Assembly (NCBI GenBank): GCA_036481315.1
Contig: JAZGHS010000212.1
Coordinates: forward strand, 22,363 to 86,362
Length of the DNA: 64,000 nucleotides
Direction: 5' to 3'
DNA from: Candidatus Zixiibacteriota bacterium
GTDB lineage: Bacteria; Zixibacteria; MSB-5A5; UBA10806
Shown: positions 26,420-35,648 of the stretch, one piece after another
How positions within the stretch are numbered: the stretch's first letter is position 1
Layout of the letters: the number at the start of each line of letters is the position of its first letter
Program-made: the position numbers and the translations under genes
The notes under the pieces: generated by a model
Told to the model about the DNA's origin: nothing
Database searches by the model: none
Seen by the model: only the letters and a program-made list of their open reading frames with translations

Positions 26420-27982
26420 TTATTTTTCGAGCCTTTGTATTGCCTCTTGGGCGTGATTTTTTATCTGCTCTTTGAATCGAGCGTCGGTGGTTGTATCCGA
26501 CGGTAATATCTCAAGGACCTTTTTTAAATACTTTATCGCCTCTTCCGTTCTCCCCGCCGCCTCGCATACTTCGCCGAGACTATCCCATGAATTAGGTGAA
26601 TCGGGATAAGCGTCGGCATTCATCTCGAAAATTAGAATAGCATTATCGATATCGCCGCCCTGAAACATCCGGTAACCGATAGAATTGAAGTTTGCTTCGC
26701 TAAAAAAGGACCGCCCGGTATGTTTGTATTTATTATAAATCTCGTGTGTCGTTTCCACGCCTTTTTCAGCCAGCATATTCATAAACTGTTCGGGGCTGGG
26801 AGGTGGAGTCTCCCCCTTAGTATACGAATAGGTTACCCGGTCGGTTTTATCGGGCGGGTCACCGATGAACTTCTTACTTTTCTCATCCCCGTTGAGATGA
26901 CCGTTGAAAAAGTGATAAAGGTATTGGCATGCGATCTCATAGCCTTTATTAAATGGCGACGGTTGCTTTTCTTCCGAATAGATATTAAACGACGGCAGAA
27001 TACCGTAGCCTGTCAGTTCCCCTCCGGTAAGATCGCTGATTCCACAGGAATATTTATGTGAATAAACCAGCGAATCGAGAAGCGAAAAATCGAGGGCAGG
27101 ATCATCGTTGGAGTATATCGTAAGAAGCGGTAGGTTCATTTTCTCCTGATTAAAAAAGGGGTTTTGCCTTGTGAATTCAAAATGTTGTTTATACAAATAC
27201 AGCCCATCGAGACTGGCGACAATATCGATATTGGAGTTGCGAGCGCCCAGTATTAATGATACTGAACCGCCGGCTCTATATCCCAGCGCTCCTATCCTCT
27301 CCGGATTCACATTGGGATAATCCCGCATCAAAGACAGCAAAAATCCGGCATCGTCAATCTGCGTTTCTCTATCCGCGGCGTTTAATTCCGCGTTTAAGGC
27401 AAAAGCCCCGACCGAATGGGTCGCGGCTACTATAAATCCATGACTTGCCAGATATTCGCATAGAATAAAATTTTCTGCCGCTCCTCTACCGAGATCGGGA
27501 GTATGGATAATTAACGGAAAAGAGCCCTTCGACGACGGGGCTTTGTGAATTGCCCCGACCTTTACGCTCAACAAATCAAGCACAGCCCCGCGATCGTTAT
27601 TTAATATGGTAAACAGATACGCTATCTCTCGATCCTGAATCGCCGAGACAAACTCGAAAAAGTCGCCGTCGTTCGGATAAGGAAAAATATATTCCCCCAG
27701 TATCATCGATTTTGCATCCTCTGTCTTTTCAGCGGGATACCAAATACATATCTGAATCGGCCTGGCTCTTTCGCCAGTCAGCGTCTGTCCGAAATAATCG
27801 CGTTTAGGTCTGATCGTCCTCGTATAATCGTACTTTTCGATAGTGTCGAATCCTACGGCATAAGATCCCGGCTCGAGACCGCCCCAGAGAGGCAGTATCT
27901 GACTTCGCAGCTCACTTGCGCAAATCGAATAAAACAAAACAAGAATTATCGATAAAGCCGATAGTGTCCTGACCCTGCTCAT
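26420..27982 (-). CDS. secreted alpha/beta-hydrolase-fold protein (PAF-acetylhydrolase / dienelactone hydrolase-like) with C-terminal TPR repeats
   Basis: Signal peptide. Nucleophile-elbow region reads RIGALGYRAGGSVSL, i.e. G-Y-R-A-G-G instead of G-H-S-x-G-G. TPR-like C-terminus. Confidence 0.5.
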   Translation of the reverse strand: MSRVRTLSALSIILVLFYSICASELRSQILPLWGGLEPGSYAVGFDTIEKYDYTRTIRPKRDYFGQTLTGERARPIQICIWYPAEKTEDAKSMILGEYIFPYPNDGDFFEFVSAIQDREIAYLFTILNNDRGAVLDLLSVKVGAIHKAPSSKGSFPLIIHTPDLGRGAAENFILCEYLASHGFIVAATHSVGAFALNAELNAADRETQIDDAGFLLSLMRDYPNVNPERIGALGYRAGGSVSLILGARNSNIDIVASLDGLYLYKQHFEFTRQNPFFNQEKMNLPLLTIYSNDDPALDFSLLDSLVYSHKYSCGISDLTGGELTGYGILPSFNIYSEEKQPSPFNKGYEIACQYLYHFFNGHLNGDEKSKKFIGDPPDKTDRVTYSYTKGETPPPSPEQFMNMLAEKGVETTHEIYNKYKHTGRSFFSEANFNSIGYRMFQGGDIDNAILIFEMNADAYPDSPNSWDSLGEVCEAAGRTEEAIKYLKKVLEILPSDTTTDARFKEQIKNHAQEAIQRLEK

Positions 27983-28276
27983 ATCACCCTCGATTCGTTA
28001 TTCCGTTCATTTGGATTTCATGATTTCCGACGCGAAACAATAATGTGCATGCTCTTATACATTACGGTAACTTGGATATCCAGGTTTCCCTTTACCTGTT
28101 TTTTTAACAATTCAACGGCCTTTAAATTATCGTCCAACTCCCTCTTCCAGTTGATATGTTAGGCAGGCTTAACTTTTTCCGCTTGTATCGAACGTCCGGG
28201 ACAGGCATTCCGGATAATGGTTGCCGGTTTATGATATTTTGGAACGAATTTTCGGCCAAATACAGTTGACATTATA

Positions 28277-28302
28277 GGATAATCGGGTATGTTTGATTAT
28301 CC
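28277..28302. promoter_or_regulatory. perfect 8-bp inverted repeat GGATAATC-N10-GATTATCC next to a TTGACA hexamer, upstream of the protease gene
   Basis: Seen directly: TTGACA at 28266-28271, IR arms at 28277-28284 and 28295-28302, 60 bp before the 28362 start. Confidence 0.35.
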
Positions 28303-28361
28303 GTAATAAACTGATTCGTTGAAAAAAGAATAAAAAATCCAACTAAACGCTGGAGAGATTT

Positions 28362-31238
28362 ATGAAAAAAGTTACTGTTTTCGCACTGCTTCCACTCATG
28401 TTGATCGCACTCCTCATGAATGTCGCCTCGAGTGAGCAAAACGCCAAATCCGACGCATTGCGCAGCCTTAAGGCCGATTTTCCCGGTATTCGGGCCTATT
28501 CCGAGGGTCAAAATATCACACGTGTTTTCGGGAAACAAATCGGGAACGGATCATCGCCGGAAAACTCAGCCGAGCTATTCAAAAACGAATATGTCGAACT
28601 TTTCGGGGTTTCCCCCGGGGATTTGAAGCCGGGAAGCAATCTCGTCGGCGGATTGAGAACGTTACCGCTGATGTACAACAAGGAGACAGGAGAACGTAAA
28701 TTCACGCTTGTCTACTATTCTCAATACGGAAATGACATCCCCGTCTTCAGGGCCGATCTCGGGCTTCTGGTCCGAAACGAATCGGGATTTCCCCTGGTAA
28801 TGGCGGCGTCGGCGCTGCGAGACCTTGACGGCTTCGAGGTCCCATTGGGTGTCGGGATCAATGCCCCGATGGCTCAAAACGCTGTTAAATCTTTCTACGC
28901 GGAACTTATCAATTTCAGCGAACCGAGGCTGGTAATATGGGCTGGGATCAACGATCAGATCGTCAGACCGGCCGTGGCTATGGAAATAATCGCTGACAAC
29001 GACAAATACGCGACACCCGATTACGAGAAATGGCTATTCTTGGTCGACGCGTTAACCGGGGAGTTGCTTTATACGGAAGATATGATCCTCAATACCGATA
29101 TCACCGGTAATGTAAGCGGTATGGCGACCGAAGGTTGGGGTGCCGATATCTGCTCTACCGAAGCAGTCACTTCGATGCCTTATGTTCGTGCCGAAATTCA
29201 GGGAGGGGAATGGGTTTACGCCGACGAGAGCGGCGATTTTGTTATCCCCAACGACGGGGATCTCGAGGACACGGTCATTTCCGAAATTCGCGGCCAGTGG
29301 TTCAGGGTGAATAACCAGTACGGCTCTAACGCCCGTTTGACAGAATCGGTTATCCCTCCGGGACCGGTCAATTTTATCCATAACGAAACGAATAACCGCG
29401 AACATAACCTGGCCGAGGTTAATGGTTATATTCACGCTAATGTAGTCCGCGATTATACGCTGACTTACAACGATACCTTTCCGACAATTCGCGACCAGGA
29501 AAATTTCCCCGTAAACGTTAATCTCAATGATAACTGTAACGCCTACTACGATTATAGCTCCATCAACTTTTATACCTCCGGCGGGGGATGTGCCAACACC
29601 GCTTTTTCGACCGTTGTTCATCACGAATACGGACATCACCTGGTAGCTGTGGCGGGAAGCGGGCAGGGCCAATACGGCGAGGGACTCGGCGATGTTATGG
29701 GGGTTTTAATCTCCGGGGAATCCGGACTCGCCTATGGATTCTTTAATAACTGCAGTCAGCCAATGCGCGACGCTGACAACAACCTTCAATATCCCTGCAC
29801 TGGCGAGATTCACGCTTGCGGACGATTGATTTCCGGATGTATATGGGATTTGCGTAACGAGCTTATGGCTAATTATCCCGATGAGTATGAGGATATAATA
29901 GGCACCCTTCTTACTAATTCAATACCTTTGCACAGGGGAGACCTAATCACTCCTAGTATCACTATCGATTTTCTGGTTTTGGATGATGACGACGGGGATA
30001 TCGATAACGGCACCCCTCATTACGACGAAATCTGCGCCGGATTCGGTGCGCACAATATGGATTGCCCCGTAATCGTCTTGATAGATTTTGACTATCCCGA
30101 TGGTCTTCCCGAACTGGTTAACCCCTCCGGCGAGACGACGGTAGCTGTCGAGGTTATCGGAGTAACCGAAAATCCTGAACCCGGAACCGGTATGCTTTAT
30201 TACAACGACGGCTCCGGCTGGGAATCGATTGCCATGGATGAAAGTCCGGAGAATGACTACGTCGGGACTTTTCCGGAGTTCGAATGCGGATCGACGATTT
30301 CATATTATTTCAGCGCCGAGACCGAAGGCGGGACGTTGGTAACCGATCCGGGTGACGCTCCCGCAACGACATTCTCCGCGTTCGCCGCTACAGGCTATAT
30401 AACCATTTTCGCTGATGATTTCGAGACCGATCAGGGCTGGGTGGTGGAGAATTCCTCCGGCCTTACCGATGGTCAATGGGATAGAGGAATACCGGTAAAT
30501 TGCCAGAGAGGCGATCCCGATAGCGATTATGACGGTTCCGGACAGTGCTACCTTACCGACAATGACGCGGGAAATGGCTGTAACAGCGATGTCGATGGTG
30601 GAAATACATATCTCATTTCGCCCGCGTTCGACCTTACGGATATGGAAGTTATCTTCAGGTTCGCACTGTGGTACACGAACGGTTTCGGCGACGATCCCCA
30701 CAACGACGTTTTCAATGTTTGGATTTCGCCCAACGACGGCGCGGACTGGTCAATCGTCGAAACAATCGGCCCGGTGTCGGCTGCTGAGTGGCTGGACCAA
30801 TGGTATATTATCGACGATTTCATCACTCCCACCAATGAAGTAAGATTCAGGTTCGATGTCTCCGATCTCAATCAGGGTTCTATCGTTGAGGCCGCTATTG
30901 ACGCTTTCGAGATTGTCGGCTGGGAATGCGAACCGACCGATATCGCCGATGAGATAGACGATATCGATCTACCTGTCGAATTCGCTCTTATGGGAAGTTA
31001 TCCCAACCCATTCAACGCCACCGTAACGATTGAATACGCTCTGCCTGAACAATCGAAAGTCTCTATCGATATATTCGATCTGCTCGGTCGTAAGATAGAT
31101 ACTATCGTAGACGAAACCAGACAGGCCGGATATCATCAGGCATCGTGGAATGCCGGTCAAAACTCCACAGGCGTCTATTTCTACAGCATCAAAGCCGGAG
31201 ATTTCAACGACACGAAGAAAATGCTTCTGCTAAAATAA
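28362..31238 (+). CDS. secreted zincin metalloprotease (HExxH) with a T9SS C-terminal sorting domain
   Basis: Signal peptide. VVHHEYGHHLV ... GEGLGDV. MAM/jelly-roll-like segment (GQWDRG...GQCYLTDND). Canonical Por CTD SYPNPFNATVTIEYALPEQSKVSIDIFDLLGRKI...GVYFYSIKAGDF...KKMLLLK. Confidence 0.7.
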   Translation: MKKVTVFALLPLMLIALLMNVASSEQNAKSDALRSLKADFPGIRAYSEGQNITRVFGKQIGNGSSPENSAELFKNEYVELFGVSPGDLKPGSNLVGGLRTLPLMYNKETGERKFTLVYYSQYGNDIPVFRADLGLLVRNESGFPLVMAASALRDLDGFEVPLGVGINAPMAQNAVKSFYAELINFSEPRLVIWAGINDQIVRPAVAMEIIADNDKYATPDYEKWLFLVDALTGELLYTEDMILNTDITGNVSGMATEGWGADICSTEAVTSMPYVRAEIQGGEWVYADESGDFVIPNDGDLEDTVISEIRGQWFRVNNQYGSNARLTESVIPPGPVNFIHNETNNREHNLAEVNGYIHANVVRDYTLTYNDTFPTIRDQENFPVNVNLNDNCNAYYDYSSINFYTSGGGCANTAFSTVVHHEYGHHLVAVAGSGQGQYGEGLGDVMGVLISGESGLAYGFFNNCSQPMRDADNNLQYPCTGEIHACGRLISGCIWDLRNELMANYPDEYEDIIGTLLTNSIPLHRGDLITPSITIDFLVLDDDDGDIDNGTPHYDEICAGFGAHNMDCPVIVLIDFDYPDGLPELVNPSGETTVAVEVIGVTENPEPGTGMLYYNDGSGWESIAMDESPENDYVGTFPEFECGSTISYYFSAETEGGTLVTDPGDAPATTFSAFAATGYITIFADDFETDQGWVVENSSGLTDGQWDRGIPVNCQRGDPDSDYDGSGQCYLTDNDAGNGCNSDVDGGNTYLISPAFDLTDMEVIFRFALWYTNGFGDDPHNDVFNVWISPNDGADWSIVETIGPVSAAEWLDQWYIIDDFITPTNEVRFRFDVSDLNQGSIVEAAIDAFEIVGWECEPTDIADEIDDIDLPVEFALMGSYPNPFNATVTIEYALPEQSKVSIDIFDLLGRKIDTIVDETRQAGYHQASWNAGQNSTGVYFYSIKAGDFNDTKKMLLLK

Positions 31239-31260
31239 AAAAATCTTCGCTTGCGATATA

Positions 31261-31291
31261 GGGGAGCCTTTAAAGGCTCCCCTTTTTATTT
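31261..31291 (+). terminator. intrinsic terminator
   Basis: GGGGAGCC-TTTAAA-GGCTCCCC followed by TTTTTATTT. Confidence 0.6.
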
Positions 31292-31380
31292 AAAAATAAT
31301 TGCTGACATTCTCGCAATCTGTCACTATATGATGAGCATGAAAGTAGAGTTTTATTCGATATCATAACAGGGAGTAAACC

Positions 31381-33051
31381 ATGAGCAAAAACCGATATCT
31401 AAATTCGATTTATTTCTTGTGCCTGGTTTCTAGCGTGATAATTACCGGATGCGGAACAGACGGTGGGAAGGGCGATATAAATAAAAAAACGGTCGCCGGA
31501 TCCGAGAAGATCATGGGCCTCGAGTTCACCGATTCCGAAAGAGACTCGTTGATCGAAGATCTACAGGATAATCTCGAGTTTTATCAGGCTATGCGGACTG
31601 TAAATATCCCGAATTCTGTCGCTCCTGCTCTCCTGTTCAACCCCATCCCGGCGGGAATGAAAATCGACACAAAACAGAAACCGTTAAGGCTGGGATCGTT
31701 CAAGGCGGTTGAAGTCCCTAAAAACTTCGAGGATCTCGCCTTCTATTCTGTACGCGAACTATCCGAACTGATCCGTACTCGAAGGATAACATCGACACAG
31801 CTAACCAAACTTGCTCTGGAGAGACTGAAAAAATACAATTCTCAACTTCACTGTGTAGTTACATTAACCGAGGAGTTGGCGCTCAGGCAGGCGGCTCGTG
31901 CCGACGATGAAATCGAGGCCGGGAGGTACCGCGGTCCTCTTCATGGTATTCCCTACGGTGCAAAAGACCTCCTTGCGGCCAGGGGGTATAAAACAACCTG
32001 GGGCGCCACTCCTTACAAGGACCAGGTTTTAGATTACGACGCTACCGTGATCAAAAAACTCGGTGATGCCGGCGCGATATTGGTAGCCAAACTATCGCTG
32101 GGCGCGCTGGCCTGGGGCGACGTCTGGTACGCCGATACCACGCGCAACCCCTGGAACCTCGAACAGGGCTCCAGCGGATCATCGGCGGGCTCGGCCTCAG
32201 CGGTCTCCGCAGGGCTTGTCCCTTTCGCTATAGGCTCGGAGACCTGGGGATCGATCGTCTCGCCGTCAACACGTTGCGGCGTTACCGGCTTAAGGCCGAC
32301 CTACGGGCGTGTAAGCCGAGCCGGGGCGATGGCCCTGAGCTGGTCGATGGATAAACTCGGTCCCATATGCAGAACCGTGGAGGACTGCGCGCTTGTGTTT
32401 GACGCTATCCGCGGGCAGGACGGTATCGATCAAAGCGTATTCGATCCGGCGTTTAATTACAAGCCGAATATCGATTTGAAAAAACTAAAGATCGGATATC
32501 TAAAAAAAGATTTCGATCAAGACAGCACTTTTCGAAATCAAAATTCCGCGGCGTTGGAAAAACTGCGCCAGCTTGGCGTTAATTTAATCGAGATAGAATT
32601 GCCGGATATGCCGATCGAAGCAATGCAGATTATTCTCTCAGCCGAGGCGGCCGCCGCTTTCGATGAACTTACCAGGTCAAACCGCGATGATCTTCTTGTG
32701 AGGCAAATCAGAAACGCCTGGCCCAACGCGTTCCGTTCGGCGCGATTCATTCCCGCCGTAGAGTATATTCAGGCAAACCGCTTGCGAACGAAGCTAATTG
32801 CCGAAATGGCAGAATTGATGAGCAATATAGATCTCTACATTTCACCGTCGTTCGAGGGCGACAACCTGTTGCTGACCAACCTGACAGGCCATCCCTGCGT
32901 GGTGTTACCCAACGGTTTCAATGAGGACGGGGAACCGGTCAGCATAACATTTATTGGGCGTTTATACGATGACGCAACTCTTTTGGCCGCGGTGGAAAGA
33001 TACCAGAACGCCACCGATTTTCATACACAACATCCGCCGCTGTTCGAATAA
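31381..33051 (+). CDS. amidase-signature family amidase, lipoprotein
   Basis: Lipobox ITGC; GSSGSSAGSASAVSAGL...GSETWGS, the Ser-cisSer-Lys triad region. Confidence 0.75.
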   Translation: MSKNRYLNSIYFLCLVSSVIITGCGTDGGKGDINKKTVAGSEKIMGLEFTDSERDSLIEDLQDNLEFYQAMRTVNIPNSVAPALLFNPIPAGMKIDTKQKPLRLGSFKAVEVPKNFEDLAFYSVRELSELIRTRRITSTQLTKLALERLKKYNSQLHCVVTLTEELALRQAARADDEIEAGRYRGPLHGIPYGAKDLLAARGYKTTWGATPYKDQVLDYDATVIKKLGDAGAILVAKLSLGALAWGDVWYADTTRNPWNLEQGSSGSSAGSASAVSAGLVPFAIGSETWGSIVSPSTRCGVTGLRPTYGRVSRAGAMALSWSMDKLGPICRTVEDCALVFDAIRGQDGIDQSVFDPAFNYKPNIDLKKLKIGYLKKDFDQDSTFRNQNSAALEKLRQLGVNLIEIELPDMPIEAMQIILSAEAAAAFDELTRSNRDDLLVRQIRNAWPNAFRSARFIPAVEYIQANRLRTKLIAEMAELMSNIDLYISPSFEGDNLLLTNLTGHPCVVLPNGFNEDGEPVSITFIGRLYDDATLLAAVERYQNATDFHTQHPPLFE

Positions 33052-33056
33052 AAATA

Positions 33057-33079
33057 GGGGCCGAAATTAATTCGGCCCC
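33057..33079. terminator. hairpin between convergent genes; U-tract only on the minus strand
   Basis: GGGGCCGAA-ATTAA-TTCGGCCCC; minus-strand reading is followed by TATTTTTATT. Confidence 0.45.
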
Positions 33080-33115
33080 GGTTACTCAAACAGGATAAGT
33101 TATCTTAAGATCCTA

Positions 33116-35614
33116 TTATTTCATTTCAGAATTAGCATCTTTAGATTTATCATCCGATAATATGTCATTTCCTCTTCTTGGCGACGGGGATCCCGGAGGG
33201 CAACTCGGGCAGGAAAATAGCTCCGGGTTTCCAGTCTTCAGTTTAGAGAATCCCGCTATCACGTCCGCGACATTAAAGCCGCAGGAGGCGTTCAAATCCA
33301 TCGCGACCGCCCAGGTATTTCCGGATCCGGGGGGGCATTCACAAAGAAGAAAAGCATCGGGCAAACCGGTTTTCAGCTTGGAAAAGGCGCTGATTATATC
33401 GGCCACATTCATTGATTCACTACCGTTGTAATCGCCGATTACATACGACCCGCATCCGCCTGTTTCGCTTAAGAATATGTAATTTGTTTTAATCTCGATA
33501 TCGGAACCGTAGGCGTTGGTAGCCGTGAGAGTTACTGTAAAATGGTCAAGTTCATTGTAAACATGGGTAGGATTAGCAAGATCACTCGTGCCGCCATCCC
33601 CGAAATCCCATAACCAGCTTGTAGGGCCGTTAATGGATAGATCGAAGAAACTTACCTCCATAGGAGGGATACCCGCGAGGGGAGAGCCCACGAAATCGGC
33701 GATAGGGGCGGCGAGGATAACCTCGATATAATCTGGTTTGCTTTCCATATCCGTACCGTAACTGTTGGTAGCCGTTAAAGTGACCGTATATGTTCCCGCA
33801 TCTTGGTAAACATATGTGGGATTAGTTAAATCGCTCGTACCCCCATCTCCGAAATCCCATGACCAGCTTGCGGGGGCGTTCGTCGAAAGGTCGCTAAAGC
33901 TCACCTCCAGGGGTACGCCACCGTTTACCGGATCTCCGCTAAAATTCGCCACCGGGGCAAGACCGTATACGATATTAATCACTGTATCCCGCGCGACACT
34001 TACATTCGTGAAGGTGACAGTATCGGGTATATCCGAAAGTGAATCGGGGCTGTAGGTAAGATCGTAAGTCTCGGGCTTGACCAGAATTTCATAGAATCCT
34101 GTGACGTCCGATTTATTTCCGGGAGTGTGAACCTCCTGTTGAGTAATACTTTCGATCGCCGTGATCCTGACATCTACTTCCGGAGTACCGTTCTCCAGAG
34201 TAATTGTCCCGGAGACAACCATTCCGGTATCCAGAGAAACGTCGTATTGGATATCAGCGAAAATCGATTGATCAAACAGCTTTGTTGCCGCCAGTAAGCG
34301 GATTCTCGGCGGCTCGAATTCCAGATGATATGTTCCCTCCGCAAGAACGGTTTGATATTGGCCCAACCCATCTGTATGATCGCCCACCAGCGGAACACTT
34401 AGATCACTCAATACATCGATAGCGTCGATATCCACATCTACGACGCTCGCCCCGAACGAATTCAGCACCGTTCCGTATAGAAGAATTCCGGTTGAAAGAA
34501 CAACATCCAGCTGTGTATCGCTATTCACGGCAACCGAATCCTCCCTGATAGGCGCAAGGTAGGGAGGAACAACAGGTGGCTTATAAACAACATCATACAT
34601 CCCGAACTGTGGGAGAACCACCTGATAAAAACCGAATTCATCTGTATCATCGCCGGGAGTGAATAGATCGACGCCGTTATTCGAGTGCCTGATATCGAGA
34701 TCCACACCGGTAACACCCGCCCCGTCAGGATCCCTTACCGTTCCATAAAAAAGAAAACCGGGTTCGATTACAAAATTCTGGGTTATATCACCGAAAACCG
34801 CTACCCCGTAGACGATTCCGGGCAATAACCGAGTTTCCGGAAGCGGAGCTACATTTATTTCATATGTTCCCTGCGGAACGAGCATTTGATAATCGCCGTT
34901 ATCATCGGTGTTATCGCTTGGAGTATAGACTTTAATGCCTGTCAGGCTGTCTTTAGCGTCGAGATCGGCGTTAGTAACCGGATCGTCGTTTAGATCTATT
35001 ACCGTTCCGGTGATAAAAAAGCCGTCTTGAAGCGTAATATCGAGCTCGGTATTGGAGTTGATCGCCATATTTTCAATCTCGACGGCAACGTACCGTGGAT
35101 TGGATATGCCGCCTCGATACCGATAGGTCACTCGAAACAGACCCGCGGGTAGAATAATTTCGTAAAGACCGTCAACATCCGTGTTATCGCCGGGAGTAAA
35201 CAATTGGACTCCTGTAATTTGATCATATACGTTTAAATCGACATCCTCTATACCATTCCCCTGGGAATCGAAAACGGTACCTGTAAATAAATGCCCGTTT
35301 TGAAGTGTTATATCGAGCGTTACGTTTGAATTTACAGACACATCCGTTAAATATACTGGTATTAATCCCGTGGAAGTTCCTGGCCTGAAACTTATATCGT
35401 AAGTACCGGCATCGACAGAAACGCTGTAAAATCCCAAAATATCCGTAGTATCAATATACGGGCCTATTGGTGAACCGTCTGGCGCGTAAAGCTGCACGGC
35501 TACGTTGTCTTCATGCCCACCGTTGGCGTCGACTGTACCCGAAATGGATTGAGCAAACGCCGAAGATGATAAAGCCATAATTATCATTAGAAGTGTTTTC
35601 CTGATGTCGAGCAT
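33116..35614 (-). CDS. secreted multi-repeat protein: about 6 carboxypeptidase-regulatory-like beta-sandwich repeats, 2 PKD domains, C-terminal Cys-containing dockerin-like module
   Basis: Signal peptide. Repeats with the D-x-D...TG....TP.DNTD..G.Y motif. Two WDFGDGGTSDL PKD domains. C-terminus GDYNGSESMNVADIISAFSKLKTGLPDAFLLCECPPGSGNTWAVAMDLNASCGFNVADVIAGFSKLKTGNPELFSCPSCPP. Confidence 0.6.
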   Translation of the reverse strand: MLDIRKTLLMIIMALSSSAFAQSISGTVDANGGHEDNVAVQLYAPDGSPIGPYIDTTDILGFYSVSVDAGTYDISFRPGTSTGLIPVYLTDVSVNSNVTLDITLQNGHLFTGTVFDSQGNGIEDVDLNVYDQITGVQLFTPGDNTDVDGLYEIILPAGLFRVTYRYRGGISNPRYVAVEIENMAINSNTELDITLQDGFFITGTVIDLNDDPVTNADLDAKDSLTGIKVYTPSDNTDDNGDYQMLVPQGTYEINVAPLPETRLLPGIVYGVAVFGDITQNFVIEPGFLFYGTVRDPDGAGVTGVDLDIRHSNNGVDLFTPGDDTDEFGFYQVVLPQFGMYDVVYKPPVVPPYLAPIREDSVAVNSDTQLDVVLSTGILLYGTVLNSFGASVVDVDIDAIDVLSDLSVPLVGDHTDGLGQYQTVLAEGTYHLEFEPPRIRLLAATKLFDQSIFADIQYDVSLDTGMVVSGTITLENGTPEVDVRITAIESITQQEVHTPGNKSDVTGFYEILVKPETYDLTYSPDSLSDIPDTVTFTNVSVARDTVINIVYGLAPVANFSGDPVNGGVPLEVSFSDLSTNAPASWSWDFGDGGTSDLTNPTYVYQDAGTYTVTLTATNSYGTDMESKPDYIEVILAAPIADFVGSPLAGIPPMEVSFFDLSINGPTSWLWDFGDGGTSDLANPTHVYNELDHFTVTLTATNAYGSDIEIKTNYIFLSETGGCGSYVIGDYNGSESMNVADIISAFSKLKTGLPDAFLLCECPPGSGNTWAVAMDLNASCGFNVADVIAGFSKLKTGNPELFSCPSCPPGSPSPRRGNDILSDDKSKDANSEMK

Positions 35615-35648
35615 TCTCTTTCCTCCGAAGAATATATTACCTAAGATG

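Noticed and set aside
29052-29672. 206-aa minus-strand ORF inside the protease gene
   Set aside because: Antisense shadow of a strongly supported CDS; no motifs.
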